From: Squalus acanthias
Taxonomy: Eukaryota
Reading direction: 5' to 3'
NCBI GenBank assembly: GCA_030390025.1
Contig: CM059433.1
Span: forward strand, 111,290,001 to 111,354,000
DNA: 64,000 nucleotides
This document shows, one piece after another, positions 62,116 through 64,000 of this stretch. How positions within the stretch are numbered: position 1 is the first letter of the stretch; each line of letters opens with the position of its first letter. The position numbers and the translations under genes were made by a program. A model generated the notes under the pieces. That model did not search any database. It was not told the DNA's origin and saw nothing but the letters and a program-made list of their open reading frames with translations.

Positions 62116-63545
62116 CATTCGTCTGTAAATTGTCATAACAGCTATAAATATTAAATAGTTACTTCATGTAATCTTCTAGTCGATAACATCTACACTAATG
62201 AGTGGAGCACAGTTACTTTGTAATTTCTTGGAGACTTAATCGTTCCCCATGTGCACGTTGAAATCAATTACTACTTGGTTCTATGGTTTACTTCAGATGG
62301 TTTGGTAATCAGACTACTGGGGGAATTTTACCGTTTGGCAATGGCACAAAACAGGCAATATCCAATCAGCTGCCAATTATACATCCTACCCAACTTTCTT
62401 TTAATGTAAAAGAAAACCATGAGAGGTTTATAACGGGCGACAGATCTGCTAACGCCCATTTTACACCATCCCCAGAAGTTCAAATTACCCATTAGGACTG
62501 GTGCTTACAGAAACGTGTTGGACACCCATCTGAGTGTGCTGGAAGCATTGAAAGCCCACCTGATGTTAACAGCTGCACACATTTAGGTTCAGCACTGGAA
62601 CTCACCTGATGCTGCTCTTAGACGATCTGCCCAACAATCTATAGCCGAGTGCACCCTCTCTTGATAACAATTAGATCATTTTTTTTGATGGGACTGATCC
62701 AGAGAAAGAAGGAAGTTAACATTATCTTATTAAGTGTCAACAATGTCAGCTTGAACTGTTAGTGTACTGTCCAGCAACTCTGTTATTTCCACAATTTCAG
62801 ATTACTGTTGGTTGTGCCTGGTATCCTGGGTTCTTGAGCTATATCTTCTTTGCGCCATCTTACCATCGGTTCCCTTGTCTGCCTGATGTCCTGATTTCTG
62901 TGGGAGCTTGTTACCTTCTGTGTCTTTAACTTATGTAGCTGTGCCTGCTGCTCTCCTGGCTTGGCTGGTGTTTTGCTGCGATCCCATGTATCCGATGCAC
63001 TTAATACCTTGCCATGTGCTTTTCTCACTTTTTCCCCAGTTGCACTCCTGACACCTTATCTCATGCTTTTAAATGCACTACTGGGTGTTTGGCTGCCAGT
63101 TTGTCTTGTTCTTTTCTCTCTTGTTTCCTTGGTGACAACCTTGTGATTCCACTGCATGTTTTTCGGTGCTCATTTTGGAGCCCTGCCTGGTACACAACTA
63201 GGGATTTAATTTGCTCTGTGAATTAGAGCTAGTGCACTTGGTAATTTTGCATTGAGGTGTAATAATTCTGTGACTTTGTATTAAGGGAGCAAGAATGAAC
63301 TCTTAACCATGCTCCTAAAACTACTCCTGCAAGTAAACAGGCCTAATGCTTGTTAATCCACCAACCTGATGTTAATTAGTAATCAGCAATTAACAAGCAA
63401 ATTTACTCAAGATTTACTTGATTTCTACATCATGCTAATTTTGCACAATTGCAGCTAAAGCTAAAGCATCAGTGGGGTGAGTAGAACAGGAGATAGCTTA
63501 AGGAAGAAAAGAGAGATATTTAGATGAACTTGGTTGTAACATCAA

Positions 63546-64000
63546 GGGCTTGATTTCGCCAGTGTGGGCAGGCTGGGGCGTGTCAGGTGGCATTCATGTC
63601 AGGACCTCGACTCCGAAGTGAAGTGGGACAAAAGTGCGATTTTCCCCAAATTGGGTAATTGATTTCCAGCGTGTGGGAACCCCTGGCCCAATAAGTCTTT
63701 TCATACAGAAAGTCGCCTCCGATGACGTCATCAATGCTGCTGGATTTAAGGCCTGCAAGCAGCCTTGCTTCTTCTGGAGACTTTAAACTATGGTGATTGT
63801 AGTAAGGACTTAATTGATCGACTATGTCCACCAGCAGGCAAAAGTGTGCTCCACGCTTCGATGAGCCCTCCCTCCAAGCTCTGGTGGAGGGAGCAAGATC
63901 GAATAAGGAGGTGCTCTTCCCTTCCTCAGGGAGAAAAAAGGCACCCCAGCAGACTAAAGCTGTGTGGCTGCAAGTGGCCCAGGAGGTCAACTCCATATCG
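63546..64000 (+). mobile_element. Harbinger element left end, runs out of the window
   Basis: TIR GGGCTTGATTT, CRE at 63723, followed by the Myb start. Confidence 0.8.
63824..64000 (+). CDS. Harbinger Myb/SANT-like protein exon 1 (partial, open to window edge)
   Basis: MSTSRQKCAPRFDEPSLQALVEGARSNKEVLFPSSGRKKAPQQTKAVWLQVAQEVNSIS, homologous to the exon starting at 14833. Confidence 0.7.
   Translation, partial: MSTSRQKCAPRFDEPSLQALVEGARSNKEVLFPSSGRKKAPQQTKAVWLQVAQEVNSIS

Noticed and set aside
62285-62365. Ig/TCR J segment (FGNGTK)
   Set aside because: The upstream heptamer is TACTGGG, lacking the essential GTG; the spacer is 21 bp; there is no splice donor; and the motif lies inside a small inverted-end element (GGGGGAATTT..AAATTACCC, about 62319-62490)

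Overview
This is eukaryotic DNA, very probably from a shark or other cartilaginous fish, inferred from HE1-like V-SINEs, SacSINE1-like DeuSINEs, HER1-like CR1 LINEs and a Neptune-type Penelope element. I found no host protein-coding exon, so the window looks intergenic or deep-intronic, and most of it is nested transposable elements. The dominant component is a PIF/Harbinger radiation: one nearly full-length decayed element (transposase plus a convergent 3-exon Myb/SANT gene, 32.1-36.1 kb), a Myb-only element, a chimeric element and many MITEs. These elements share a CRE (TGACGTCA) plus TTTAAA-like promoter module. Also present are two 1.45-1.68 kb solo LTRs with an apparently very long R region containing a splice donor, CR1/L2/RTE fragments, a Penelope-like element with a decayed hammerhead ribozyme, a Penelope terminal hairpin captured inside a Harbinger family, a 2 kb 31-bp minisatellite, a 58-bp hairpin/C-tract tandem array, local duplications and candidate Pbx/Meis enhancers. 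All calls were made by eye, family names were not database-checked, and the boundaries of old elements are approximate.
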